A program made the position numbers and the translations under genes. Below are positions 37,735 to 48,400 of a DNA stretch of 64,000 nt, one piece after another (positions within the stretch are counted from its first letter, which is position 1; the number at the start of each line of letters is the position of its first letter). The stretch covers positions 8,750,721-8,814,720 of the forward strand of contig BDGG01000001.1 of the NCBI GenBank assembly GCA_001949185.1. Direction: 5' to 3'. The stretch comes from Ramazzottius varieornatus. Lineage: Eukaryota; Animalia; Tardigrada. The notes below the pieces were generated by a model. That model was not told the DNA's origin. It saw nothing but the letters and a program-made list of their open reading frames with translations, and ran no database searches.

Positions 37735-40700
37735 ATGGGTAAGGATGACGATGACAAACGTAAGAGAGGGAAAGATAAGGACAAAAAGCGTCGAAGCTCC
37801 AAAGACAGCAGGCCGGGCCATTCCAAGTCACCACGGCGAGGTGGTGCCACCACAGATGATGAGAACGACCTGACGGACGATAACGAGGCTTCTTCTAGAG
37901 GAACTAGCAAGAGAAAAAGTGGTAAGAGTAGCGGCAGATCTGGAGGGAGAAGCGGTAAAAGCGCTACAAGTAAGGGCAAGAATGGCAAACATAGCAGCCG
38001 CAGTGCCAAGCAGAAAAGCTCCCGTCACAGACCCAAAGAGAACTCAGAAGGCGAAGGTAATTTGCAGTGCCTCACACTTTATTTTCTCCTGAGTTTTGAT
38101 CAGTTTTCCATGAAAGTTATTAATCTATCAAGTTACGAATAGAAGGCGGGCAGACAAACTTGGCAAAATTGTTATACGAAGTGGCGCACTTGTACAGCGT
38201 TATGGACCGACAGCGTGCGCCGCTTCGAAGAACAACCTTGTGCAATTTGATTGTTTTCTGAAGCGGCGTAGATTCTTTATGTTGTTGGTTGAAAAGGTGC
38301 GTCACTTGGAAAACCGATCGTGCCGAGTTTGTTTGCCGAGCTTTGTCCGAATTTTTGTACAGTATCATTGCAAAGTTAATAGTATTAATTTCAAGAAGAG
38401 ACTTACAGTGGATTGTCTTTAAGGTGGCGGTGGGGGTGATGGAGGAAAACTTTGCTGTTTCGGCGACTTAGGCCGCAGTCGCAGGAAGAAGAGAAGCAAA
38501 AAAAAGAGGAAAGGTGGGAGGAATGAGAGCTTGAGGAGAGAAGGCGAGAAAAGTCCGAGAGGAGAAGTGGAAAAACGGCCGTCAACCAAAAAGTCCTCAG
38601 TGAAAGAGGAAGTGGGCAGCCATCGTAGTCCCTCCGTCTCCAGTGCCAGTCCTCGCAAAAGCGTCCCCAAAGAGGTTCGCAAGGAATCCCACAAAGAAAT
38701 GCACAAAGAAGTCGAGACAGTGGCTGAGCCGCGTCGAATGAGCACCAGTCGAAGTTCCGAATCGTTGAACAGTAAGAAAGTCTTGTTCAACGAAGTGCTG
38801 GCTGTCCGGGAGATCCCCAACAAGGAAGTGGTCAAGGCAGCCGAGCATGCGCGCACCTTACCAGGCTACACCAGTCAGGATGACGGCTTCCCACAGCATT
38901 ACTACCCCGGTGGCGATCCTTTCACAGCTGGCAGTGAGTCTTCCGGTGATTTTAACGATCTTCGAGGTGCCTCACAGTCGGAGCAAAGTCTTGGTGGTGG
39001 TGACGACGATCAACTCTTGCCGGCTGGGGTCTTGGGCGATTGTGCCGACAGTCTGTCACGCACCGGAAGTCTGATGTCGGAGAGGAACGCTTGGCTTCGC
39101 AGCAGTGTCCATGCTTCGGGCAGTGCTTCTTCTCGTTCCATGTCGCTATCGCGCTCTCGCTCGCAGAGTAGGGAGATGGACACGGCCTTGGTCAAGTCGC
39201 TCAAGTCCATCACGTTGGATGAGGACGCGCACTTGTTCAAGCCGGAGAGAAATTATGCGCGAGCTGAGCTGATGGCCATGATGGAGAGGCTGGTGTATGG
39301 CATCAACAACCGCGAGTGTCTCAAGGCTAGGTATGATGAAGAATCGACGCGGCTGAGTATGGCCACCGAGTATCAAGAGGAAAAGATTGCCCATTTGAGG
39401 CAGAAGTTGGACAAGCTGAGTGCCGACCGCCAGGACCTCGACTTTGCGCTGAAGGAAAGCGCTGAACATCTGACAGAGAACCTCCTTCAGTTGAACCGGT
39501 AAAAACCTTTTACGGGCTGTTTTTCCCAGCAGTAAATATTTTTCAGAACGCTGATTTGAACTGCATACAGAAATCGGTGAAAAGTTAAGATGTTTCAAGC
39601 GCTTGCACACCCGCACAACGTGAGGATGAACGATCGGGGTGTATGCAGGTGCTCGAAGGGAAAAATGAAAAAACTGGAAATATCTCAAACACCTGCATAC
39701 CACTGCATAGCGTGTATGAACGTGTTTAGTGTACGCAGGTGTGTCGGGTGGATATTTACTGCTTGTTGAAATTGTAGAATGGGTCCGTCGATTGTTTTTG
39801 CATAACGCACCGATTTTTGCTGAGCAAGTGTTTCTCTTGGGTTTTTAAAGGGAGCGGAAGAGAATTGCGGGCGCGGTTGATCTGCGCGAAGACTTTGACC
39901 GCTTCCTTCAACAGCAAATCTGCACAAAGACCAAGTACTTTCAGGACTACGCACACACGTTGGGCAAGCTGGAAGTTCTCTTCGAGGACTCCACCATGCA
40001 GTGGGTGCAGCACGAGACCATGTTGAGTACCGAAGCCGAAGCTCTGGACAGGGTCCGTCGTTCTGCCGAGAAGGAGTACGCACAGCTGAAAGTCGAGCTA
40101 CGCAAGCAGGAAGCCGAGTATGCCGCACGAGCAGCACAAAACAACAAGCTCAGCCAGGTGGTGGAGAAGGAGCTAGAGAAGTACGCAAGGAGACAACAAA
40201 ATATTCTGAGGTACAATGAGAAGCGCATACGTGCTTTGGAAGGCTGTGTCAGAACTATGCAGTTGGACCGGGAAGTCATGTATGGTGAGATTGCCGAGAA
40301 CAGACATAGACTGAAAGAGGTCGTCGAAGGCAGGATAGGCGCACTGATGGACAAGGTTCATAGCTACAACATCCTGCTGAGGAATGTCCGTGAAGAGATC
40401 GAAGCGGTGCTGGGAACCGCCAAACCAGGTACGCTATCATCATCATAAGTACGGCTGCGCTTCAGCCATATGAAGCCATGTTGGGTGCGCGACTTCAGAT
40501 GGGTGGATATACCTGACTAAACCGGCGCATTTGTCTTGGTGCGTCGTAATTGCAAATGCGCGAGCTGGACTGGGCAGGCTGGAGTTGCCAACTGGCGCAG
40601 TCTGCTAGGTTTACTGGGGAGAAAACTGCGCAAGTTGACCCGGGAGGTGGGGCAGATGCATTGGTTGACTGGCGCAGCCCGTTAGCCAAAGTTTGTTGTG

Positions 40701-41172
40701 GAGTGCGCGGATCCAACTGAGTGTGCTGTGTTTGTTTGCAGGTCAAGCTCTCAGTGTGTCAGCGATGCTGAGTTCCTACTCGCGATCCATTGCCGCGCTG
40801 GACCTCTGTACCCTAGAGCTGCAAGTCAAAGCTGCCAAGCAGATTTGTGATAAGGCCGAACAGGCCTTCCGCAAGAAAGACCTGCAGAAGAAAGATCTGG
40901 TGGAAATTCGCCAGACCTTTGTCGATTCACAGAAACAGACGATGCTGAACAGCGAAGACGAGTACTTCCTGATGGAACCGGTCGACGTACCCGGCATCCA
41001 GTCTAACGCCAACTTCCAACGCTCTCTCGACGACTTCACCAAGGAGTGCGAGTTCGCTTCGGGTGCCGCTACTGCTCCTAAAGCCTTTGCTTTTGCTCCG
41101 GAGAAGGATCTGAAGGAACCGCAAGTTGGTGGCGCTTGCGGACGCCCACTTTCACCATGTAAGCTTTTTTAA
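37735..41172 (+). CDS. Uncharacterised protein: K/R/S-rich basic N-terminus plus long coiled coil
   Basis: In-frame GT-AG chain 37735-38056, 38424-39498, 39851-40428, 40742 onward, with long heptad-rich ORFs. The 3' end is uncertain (it may splice from ~41124 to an exon at 42322-42581). No family recognised. Confidence 0.7.
38146..38342. repeat. Family A palindromic module, 2 units
   Basis: Both caps present, ending GAGTTTGTTTGCCGAGCT; coiled-coil gene intron 1. Confidence 0.9.
39601..39740. repeat. Family B palindrome, 2 units
   Basis: GCTTGCACAC-N30-GTATGCAGGT and ACCTGCATAC-N30-GTACGCAGGT; coiled-coil gene intron 2. Confidence 0.75.
40447..40720. repeat. Family A palindromic module, highly diverged, 3-4 units
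   Basis: GGCGCA(T/G)-N25-(A/C/G)TGCGC at 40524, 40594 and 40671; coiled-coil gene intron 3. Confidence 0.7.
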
Positions 41173-42089
41173 AACGGCATGTCAATCACAATGAACACAC
41201 GAACTAGCAAAGAAAATACAAAGATTGGAGAAAGTCATATTTTATGTTTATGTGAAAATTTGGCTCACTTAAGTGGACATTATACTTCATAATACTTACC
41301 ATGTCTCCACCGGAACTCGATTTGGGATGTGAGCTATTATAATTATCATGATCCGGTACATGGATCACGATTTTTAACATAATTGCCCACTTCCCCAGAT
41401 CACGGGTAATGGATCGTGAGTTGGGAATCGAGTGCGGAGACATGGATCATGGAATTCGAAAACCATGATCCGCGCCGTTCGGGATGTGGACTTTTCAACG
41501 TACGGTAGCACAGTGATTGAAAATGAGTTGATCGGACGGAAAACAAGGAAGTACCTCGAGCTCCGACACTCTGGACACAACAGAAATATCAAACAATGCA
41601 CTCTTGCTGTGAATGGAATGTAAAATAATTACTGCTAGTATTTTCATATCGCTGGCAGGCGCCAAAACTTGACAAACCTAGAATGCCCAAATTCAGTCAA
41701 CACTTCAACACGACACGGAAGGTTGAACGAGGGAGATTTTCATAACCATGCAAGAACCTCGTGGTGATTCTCCTACCGTTTCAACTAAAACTTTTAGCTA
41801 ATCTTCAAATTTAATTCATCGAAAGGTCAGTTCAATGAAGCGTATTTCAGATCTCGAAAAACACGAAGAACCCGATTTATTATCATACGGGAAATAAGTC
41901 CGGTTCACGACCTATTATACTTCGACATAGGTCGTGACTTGGATCATCAAGGCCAAGTATAACGCTTCCGCAACTGTCACATCCCGGGATGTGGCGAAAT
42001 GGGAAACGTGAGTGGAAAACGCGAACGGCCATTGTTTCCCGGGCATCGAGTGCGGAGAAATGAAGTACTGTATAATGCCCACTTTACTG

Positions 42090-42277
42090 CACTCGACAAA
42101 ACCGTTTCTACAGGTGGCGCGTGCTCTTATTATTGTTTACTGGAACTGTGCGCCACTTTGCAAAACAGTCAAACTCGGCGAAATCGCTTTAGCGAAGTGG
42201 CGCACGCTTTCAGCTAGTAACAGTTGAAACGTGCGCCACTTTGCAAAACAGTCTTGTCCAGTTAGTTTGCCGAGCTC
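42090..42277. repeat. Family A palindromic module, 2 units
   Basis: Arm pairs and GTTTGCCGAGCT end. Confidence 0.9.
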
Positions 42278-43018
42278 GCATTGCTGTTTGGAGGCTCTCT
42301 GTATCATACTTCTTCTTGCAGATTCCGAGCCAGGTTCCTGTGGACCCTGTAACGATATTGCCCATCCTCTCGACGACGACCATGTTGTCCAATCCAACTA
42401 CGAGACGCACTCGGAACCAAAGACTGAGTGTGAAAGATTGGCCGATGGCGCTGCCACTGCTTGCTCGGAAAAGACGCCACCCGGCAGTAAACGGCGAGCA
42501 GTCCTCAACTCATTGTCCATGAGGTCCAGCCGAAACATCGGCAACGCTCTCAAGAAATTTACCCACGTCGGCAAAAGATAGCAGTGCCGCTTTCTTTCAC
42601 CATGTTCAAAAGAAGTTGATACTCTTCGATCCATGCAGCTCTTTCCCTTGTGCTTCGTTGTTATCTCCTTGTTTTTACCTTTTACCTGTTCCCCGTTTAT
42701 CCCTGTTTTTGCTCGCGATCGTCGGCTTTTGAGCAGGTGTAGATATGGCAACCTTTTCCCCCATCGAATCTGTTCGATCCGTTGTGGCGCATTAACGCCT
42801 CCTTCTTTTATTCTTTGTTATTCTAACCCGGCGAATATAAAACATCTAGACTCTGTAATTCCGTGAGCTATTATACTCCACACACCCATTTTATCACGCT
42901 TCCGGGACGCTGGCTGCCTGCTTGATTGTAGCACCATACCACATCGCTTGCATTACTTCCTTCGTTCTTTATGCGCTACCCAATTGCTTCTACCGATCTT
43001 CTTAACGGAAGGCCGGTT

Positions 43019-43815
43019 ATGAATTGCCAGCCTTTATTTCTTGGATTATTTACTCTGTTTTATAGCGGTCAGTACCTTCCGTACCCTTTTGATGGCTTTG
43101 GCTGTACAGTATGTCAGCTCGAAGACCAAAGTCGACAAGATCGTTTTACACGGTGGCGCACGCTGTCAGCCAACCGTTTCGAAGCCTTGCGCCATTCGGG
43201 AAAATAATCTTGACGAGTTCGCTTTTTCAAGTGGCGCATTCTATGAGTCACGAACGCTGACATGGTGAGCCACTTGAGTTAGTCGAGTTGTCGAGTTTGC
43301 TAGCCATGCTTCGTTATGCAGATTCTGGGTTTCAATTTGTAGTGAAGCGTATCCTGTCCGTGCAGTGTTTCGTGTGCGCTACACTAGGTGTCAAGAACGT
43401 TCGTTACACATCCCGAGATGTAAGTGGTACTTGGCGCACCTTGCCCGTCGATGCAGCTGACCAGGTCGGCGCAGTTGATCCCATTTTCGGCCTTGCCGGC
43501 AACGTCAAAACGTACAACTTTGGTGGCGATTCGGACTGCGCGGAGAAGCCCTTTAACAAGCTCAAGTATATGCATCAAAATAAGGTCTCTCTCTGCGAGT
43601 TGCAACACAAGTGGTGCGTCAAAGCCGTCGATAGGTCGGGGAATTCGGCAAGGTTCTGCATGGCCGAAAACCGCGAGACCAACGTGGGCTGCGCACCCAG
43701 CGGCAATATAACGCTGTGTGTTTGTAAAACCGAACTGTGCAATGACTCGCTTCGTCCGTCTTACAGCCCTGTATTACTGATACTTTTCTTCCTTACTTTC
43801 CCCTTTGCGACATGA
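43019..43815 (+). CDS. Ly6/three-finger (quiver/sleepless-like) GPI-anchored protein
   Basis: Signal-peptide exon MNCQPLFLGLFTLFYS (43019-43067). Exon from 43343 has VQCFVC...C...C...WCVK...RFC...C...CVCKTELCN followed by a hydrophobic GPI-signal tail. Confidence 0.8.
43115..43305. repeat. Family A palindromic module, 2 units
   Basis: Arm pairs in Ly6/quiver-like intron 1. Confidence 0.88.
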
Positions 43816-43844
43816 TCATCAGCCAAGAAACTCAACATGATGAT

Positions 43845-44013
43845 TTCTCTCCCAAATAGCGCACGTGTCCAGCCAGTAACACCACTAGTCTGCGCCACTT
43901 GCAACGGGGCAAGCAAGCTCGCCACCCAATACGAGTGGCGCACATTCCTGATCTTATTGGCTGTAAAGGTGCGTCAGTCGAGGAAACAGTCTTGTAGAGC
44001 TTATTTGCCTAGC
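43845..44013. repeat. Family A palindromic module, 2 units
   Basis: Arm pairs and TTTGCCTAGCT end; just 3' of the Ly6 gene stop. Confidence 0.85.
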
Positions 44014-45485
44014 TGCCATTTTGTTACTACATATTTTCTTGACTAAGTGTTGTCGAATAGTGTACTGTAAACCGTCATGATCGTGAGCCATTAAAGTTGA
44101 ATTGATGACTGTCGATCAATCCACCAAATTGTATATTACACAGAGTACTTCGTTGTTGCAAAAAGAGACAAAGAAGCATCAGCATTCAGCAGTCTCGTGG
44201 GACCTATAAAACGAGCGCGATCGACCTTCTTCCGTTCCGTTGACATTTAGTGCAGTCAAATACAGAGAGCTGTGCTTAAAAATCTGGAAAGCACTACCCT
44301 CAAAGTTTCCAGTCAACTTGATTAGTGGCCATTCAAGGAAGATAATGCCAGGTTTTAGGAACTGAATGTTGCCTCAATTTGCCGTTTCCACCCTAATGGA
44401 TACGCGAAGCGAAAGAAGTGGCGAACCTCGCTGTGCAGACAAGTCATGTTTATACGTATTGTATATGCATAAGCGAACAAGTGTTTTCCGCCTTCCCTTT
44501 TGTTGCCTACAAACGATAAGATGACATTTTGTTGTGTTAGTCATAAATCGCCATTACGGCGTCAAACAATCGCAGGCAGCAGAGCTTCGTCAGTTCTTTC
44601 TTCACTGGCCTTTCGCCCGGGTATTTACTATTTAGTAACGGCGCGTACAGTAGATGAAGTGCATGGCTCGAATTTCATCGTTGGTGTTGACGTCTATAAT
44701 TGCGATTTTTTGCGCCGATACACATTTCATACTCCATTTATATCGGCCAAATTATGATATATATTTAGGAGCCGATGGCCGATGCCTGTCATCTACATGT
44801 ACATGTTGCAGCGGACGCAGGCCGATCGATATCAAAATGAATACACACACGTACACCCGTAAATCAACCCTGTGGCGCGTAGTTTTCCCATGGGCGCCAA
44901 AGTTCCATGTTTTGACTGGTTTGACTGCATACCTCAAAGAACGCTGCAGCCTGCAGGCTGCAATGTGCAAAGCCCTGGTTGGAGCATCGTCGTTTTAGTA
45001 CGCGCATATCATGGCCTGTCTTTACAAGCGCAGAATGCTGCAATTAAGGCAATAGCAGTACAGTGTACTGTATACGCAGGTCGACATGGTCATGGTTGGA
45101 CATATTGCTTATGCCACGCTGTTGCCTTCCTAGTACACATCTAGCCATGCAAGAAAGAAGGGTATCAGACAGTGACGTCATGGCCAAGGCCTAGATCCCC
45201 TCTTTTATGCGTAAAGAGGACAATCAAGCGGGATATTTTGGCTGTGCGCGGGTATACTGGCCCGTCCTCCCTTTGCCTCTTTGCCAATTGCACCATCTCC
45301 AGCCGGAAGTTAGCGCCTTCCCTCAACGTGATGGAGAAGCAGTTAGTGGAATGCCCGACCATGTTCAGTCCTGTGACTTGTACCTTTCAACCTGCATCAA
45401 CATTACGAAGAAGGCCCAATCTTTAGTCGCTGACTTTACCAGATGGAGATGCGCAAGTTACGGTAGCCCAAGCGGAAGTGCTGTT

Positions 45486-48400
45486 ATGGTGGCAATGCGC
45501 TGGATGGCGATCAGCAGTCAAACTCCGCCCCACAGCTCCATCGTCTCCCTTCTCATCCTCATCTTCCTGGAACATTTATCTACCTTGACGTGCCAAAGTC
45601 TCAACTTCTGTGATAGCTACTGCTTTTGTAAAGAATCTTCGCTCAGCTGTCGTCGAATGGATACCTTGACGGAAATCCCGCAGCTCTTTCCCCAAGAAAG
45701 AATGGCCAACATCACCGAAATGCAAGTCGTACCGATGAGTCAAAATTAGTCACTCAAATTCTGTCATTAATCCTTGTTTTATTCCGCAGATTCATTGACC
45801 ATCAACCTCGCTTGAAATCGCTGACAAATGCATCATTTGTCCACTACAACAACCTACAAAAACTGTAGGCTAACATACCTTCCCCAAATCTTATTTCATC
45901 TTTTCATTTACTGTTTGATATTCCTACGCGAATTTCATTTCAAGATACAGTCTGATACAGCAAAGTTTTCCCCGTTTTCTAAAATGATCCTCACGGGTTC
46001 AAAACTTTTTTCACGACGGCGTAATTATAACTGAAGGACAAAGCATTCATTTTGACACCTGAAAAGTCCATTGTTAACTCCAAAAACCCGTTTCCAAAAA
46101 TGTCAACGTGCAAGGACGAAGCCCTGGTAGACACAAAAGATGGTCGGACCCTGTTCACGCGCGCAACGTCCACCCAACCAAAAATCCCGTTGGCCTGCCT
46201 CCTTCGTTCTTACAACATTACCTGGGTATCAAAACAAGGATAAAACCATCGTCTTTCAAAGAGAACACTTATCGAGGTACTGCCTGTCACTCTTATCAAG
46301 GCACCATCAAGAAGAGCTTAATTCCCGCCTCAAACACTTCCGAGACGAATTTCCGACTCGATTTTCCACAAGCCGATCGCGTTTCACCGATTCATCTCCA
46401 TGTCAAAAATAGCTAAAGGGATATATAGTATAACCTCTTCGCAAATTCGGTCCAAAACTTGGCAAACAGAGAAGCAGGTTCACAAACAAAGCCGATTCCC
46501 TCCGACACATGTCGACAGCTTCGTCGTTTTTCGGCCTTCAGCAACAAAAACTCGCCGGCCGGACGAAGCGTCAGATCGACTCATAACTGGGTGATAATAT
46601 ACCAAAACTAGTGTTTCAACTTAGGCAGATCACAGTTCGCGATTTTATCGACAGACTTCCCGATGTCGCTTTTCCGGAAGGGGAAGATATACCGGGAAAA
46701 ACCGGAAGAGTTGCAGTTTCAAGCAAGCTTTTCCCCTGAGGTTATTTTACCAGCTTTCCCTTCATCTTATCCCGAGAGAACAAGCTTTTTCGAGTAGTTA
46801 AAGATGACGATCGAGCTGGTACAATTCCTGACTAGATTTCCAGATGCTGTTTTGTAATAGGCGTTTTCAATCTCCTTTCGAATTAACGTAGAGATTTTCT
46901 CCTGGAGCTCGGTTTTCGGTGGATTGATTGGGAAGATATGGGAAACAAGGGAAGACTATCTTGTAGACCGTATGAAAAGAAAGAAATTTGATTAAAAGAA
47001 ACGGCGAATTTTTTTGAGAAGGAAAAAAACCACGGGGACAACTTTGCTGTAACAGACTGTATTTGGGAATTGGGAGAGCAAACTCAAGAAGACTGTTTCC
47101 CCAAGTGGCGCGCCTGTTGGGTGTTACTGACTGGAGTGGTGCGCCACTTGGCAAAACATTCTTGTCGAGTTTCTTTGCCTAGCTTCGTTTGTCGATTTGT
47201 AGGACCCTGGAGAATACCGGCCTTCAAAGCATCTCAAGCGGAGCTTTCAGCCGGAACCGCGGACTAAAACAAGTGTAAGCTCACTACCTCCTTTTCTTCT
47301 TATGAGATATCGCCACAATCTGCGGCTCATGTGAGACAATCCATCATCTTTTGGCTGGAGGTTGCAGCGAGCTGTAACGCACGTGAACCATCAGAGAACG
47401 CTCTGAGCCAAAAGTGGAATTACCATTCCACGCCTTTTTATACCACAGCGCAGCACACTTTTCCATGTCAGCTTCCATTAATCTTCATAACCACCACCCA
47501 AAAAAACAGGCTTTAATGCCGACTGAGATTGATCTGTCCTAGAGTGAGATATCAAGCTTGTCGGAATCGAGAACTGAACAGGGATGTCTTTGAGCGCTTG
47601 ATCGACCAGTCATTTTCAACCGAATCCTAATTAGGAATGATTTATAAAGACTGGTGGTACTCTGGAAACAAAGTACCCCACCCAACTTGCGCACCAGAAA
47701 TCAATTCTGGTATAAGTAGGCTTATGTTCCACCAAGGGCTGCGCTCTTTGGAGTGCACTTTTGAATCGTCGACAGACGCAAGTGAGTGAGCTTTGGCTAA
47801 CGATGATGTCGTACATAATGGGACCATTATAATTAGCCTTCGAGTTTTACATGCTTCCATAAAAACCGTTGCTCACACCTGAAGTGTAGTTCTAACTGCC
47901 GCTCCCACATCTTCACATCTTTGCAGAATCCTGTTAAATCCTCTGACGAAGGATCACTTGGAAGCTCCGCAAGCAAGATTACTTTCCCAAGTGGCGCACG
48001 TTTGCAGTGTTATCGACTGAAGGGGTGCGCCACTTGGAAAACGATCTTGTCGGGTTCCTTCGAAGGGCTCCCGCTTTATTTGGGAGCGACCGCCTTTTTT
48101 CCAGTAAATTATCTCAAAGCATCAATGGGTTTCTTTGAAACTGAGAGAAGCTTTACGGTTGTTAGGAACACTATTGCGATCACCTTTCAACAGAAAGCTA
48201 ACCTAGCGGAACAATCGAGTTGACGCAGGAAGTGCATTTGGAAGCCGTCCGATCTGGGTGCAATCGCATTGTAGCCTTTTTATGAAAAAGCAACAGCCGA
48301 AAAGGCGCCCTTGGACTCTAATCCCGAGTAAACACAATTCAGGGTCTTTCCGGCTGATCGGTCAATTATCAACCGGTCTGTCCCTTCTTTTCTTATTGCC

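Noticed and set aside
47988-48036. Metal-response element or RAG-type RSS interpretation of the arms
   Set aside because: TGCGCCA does not fit TGCRCNC, and there is no heptamer/nonamer with 12/23 spacing.
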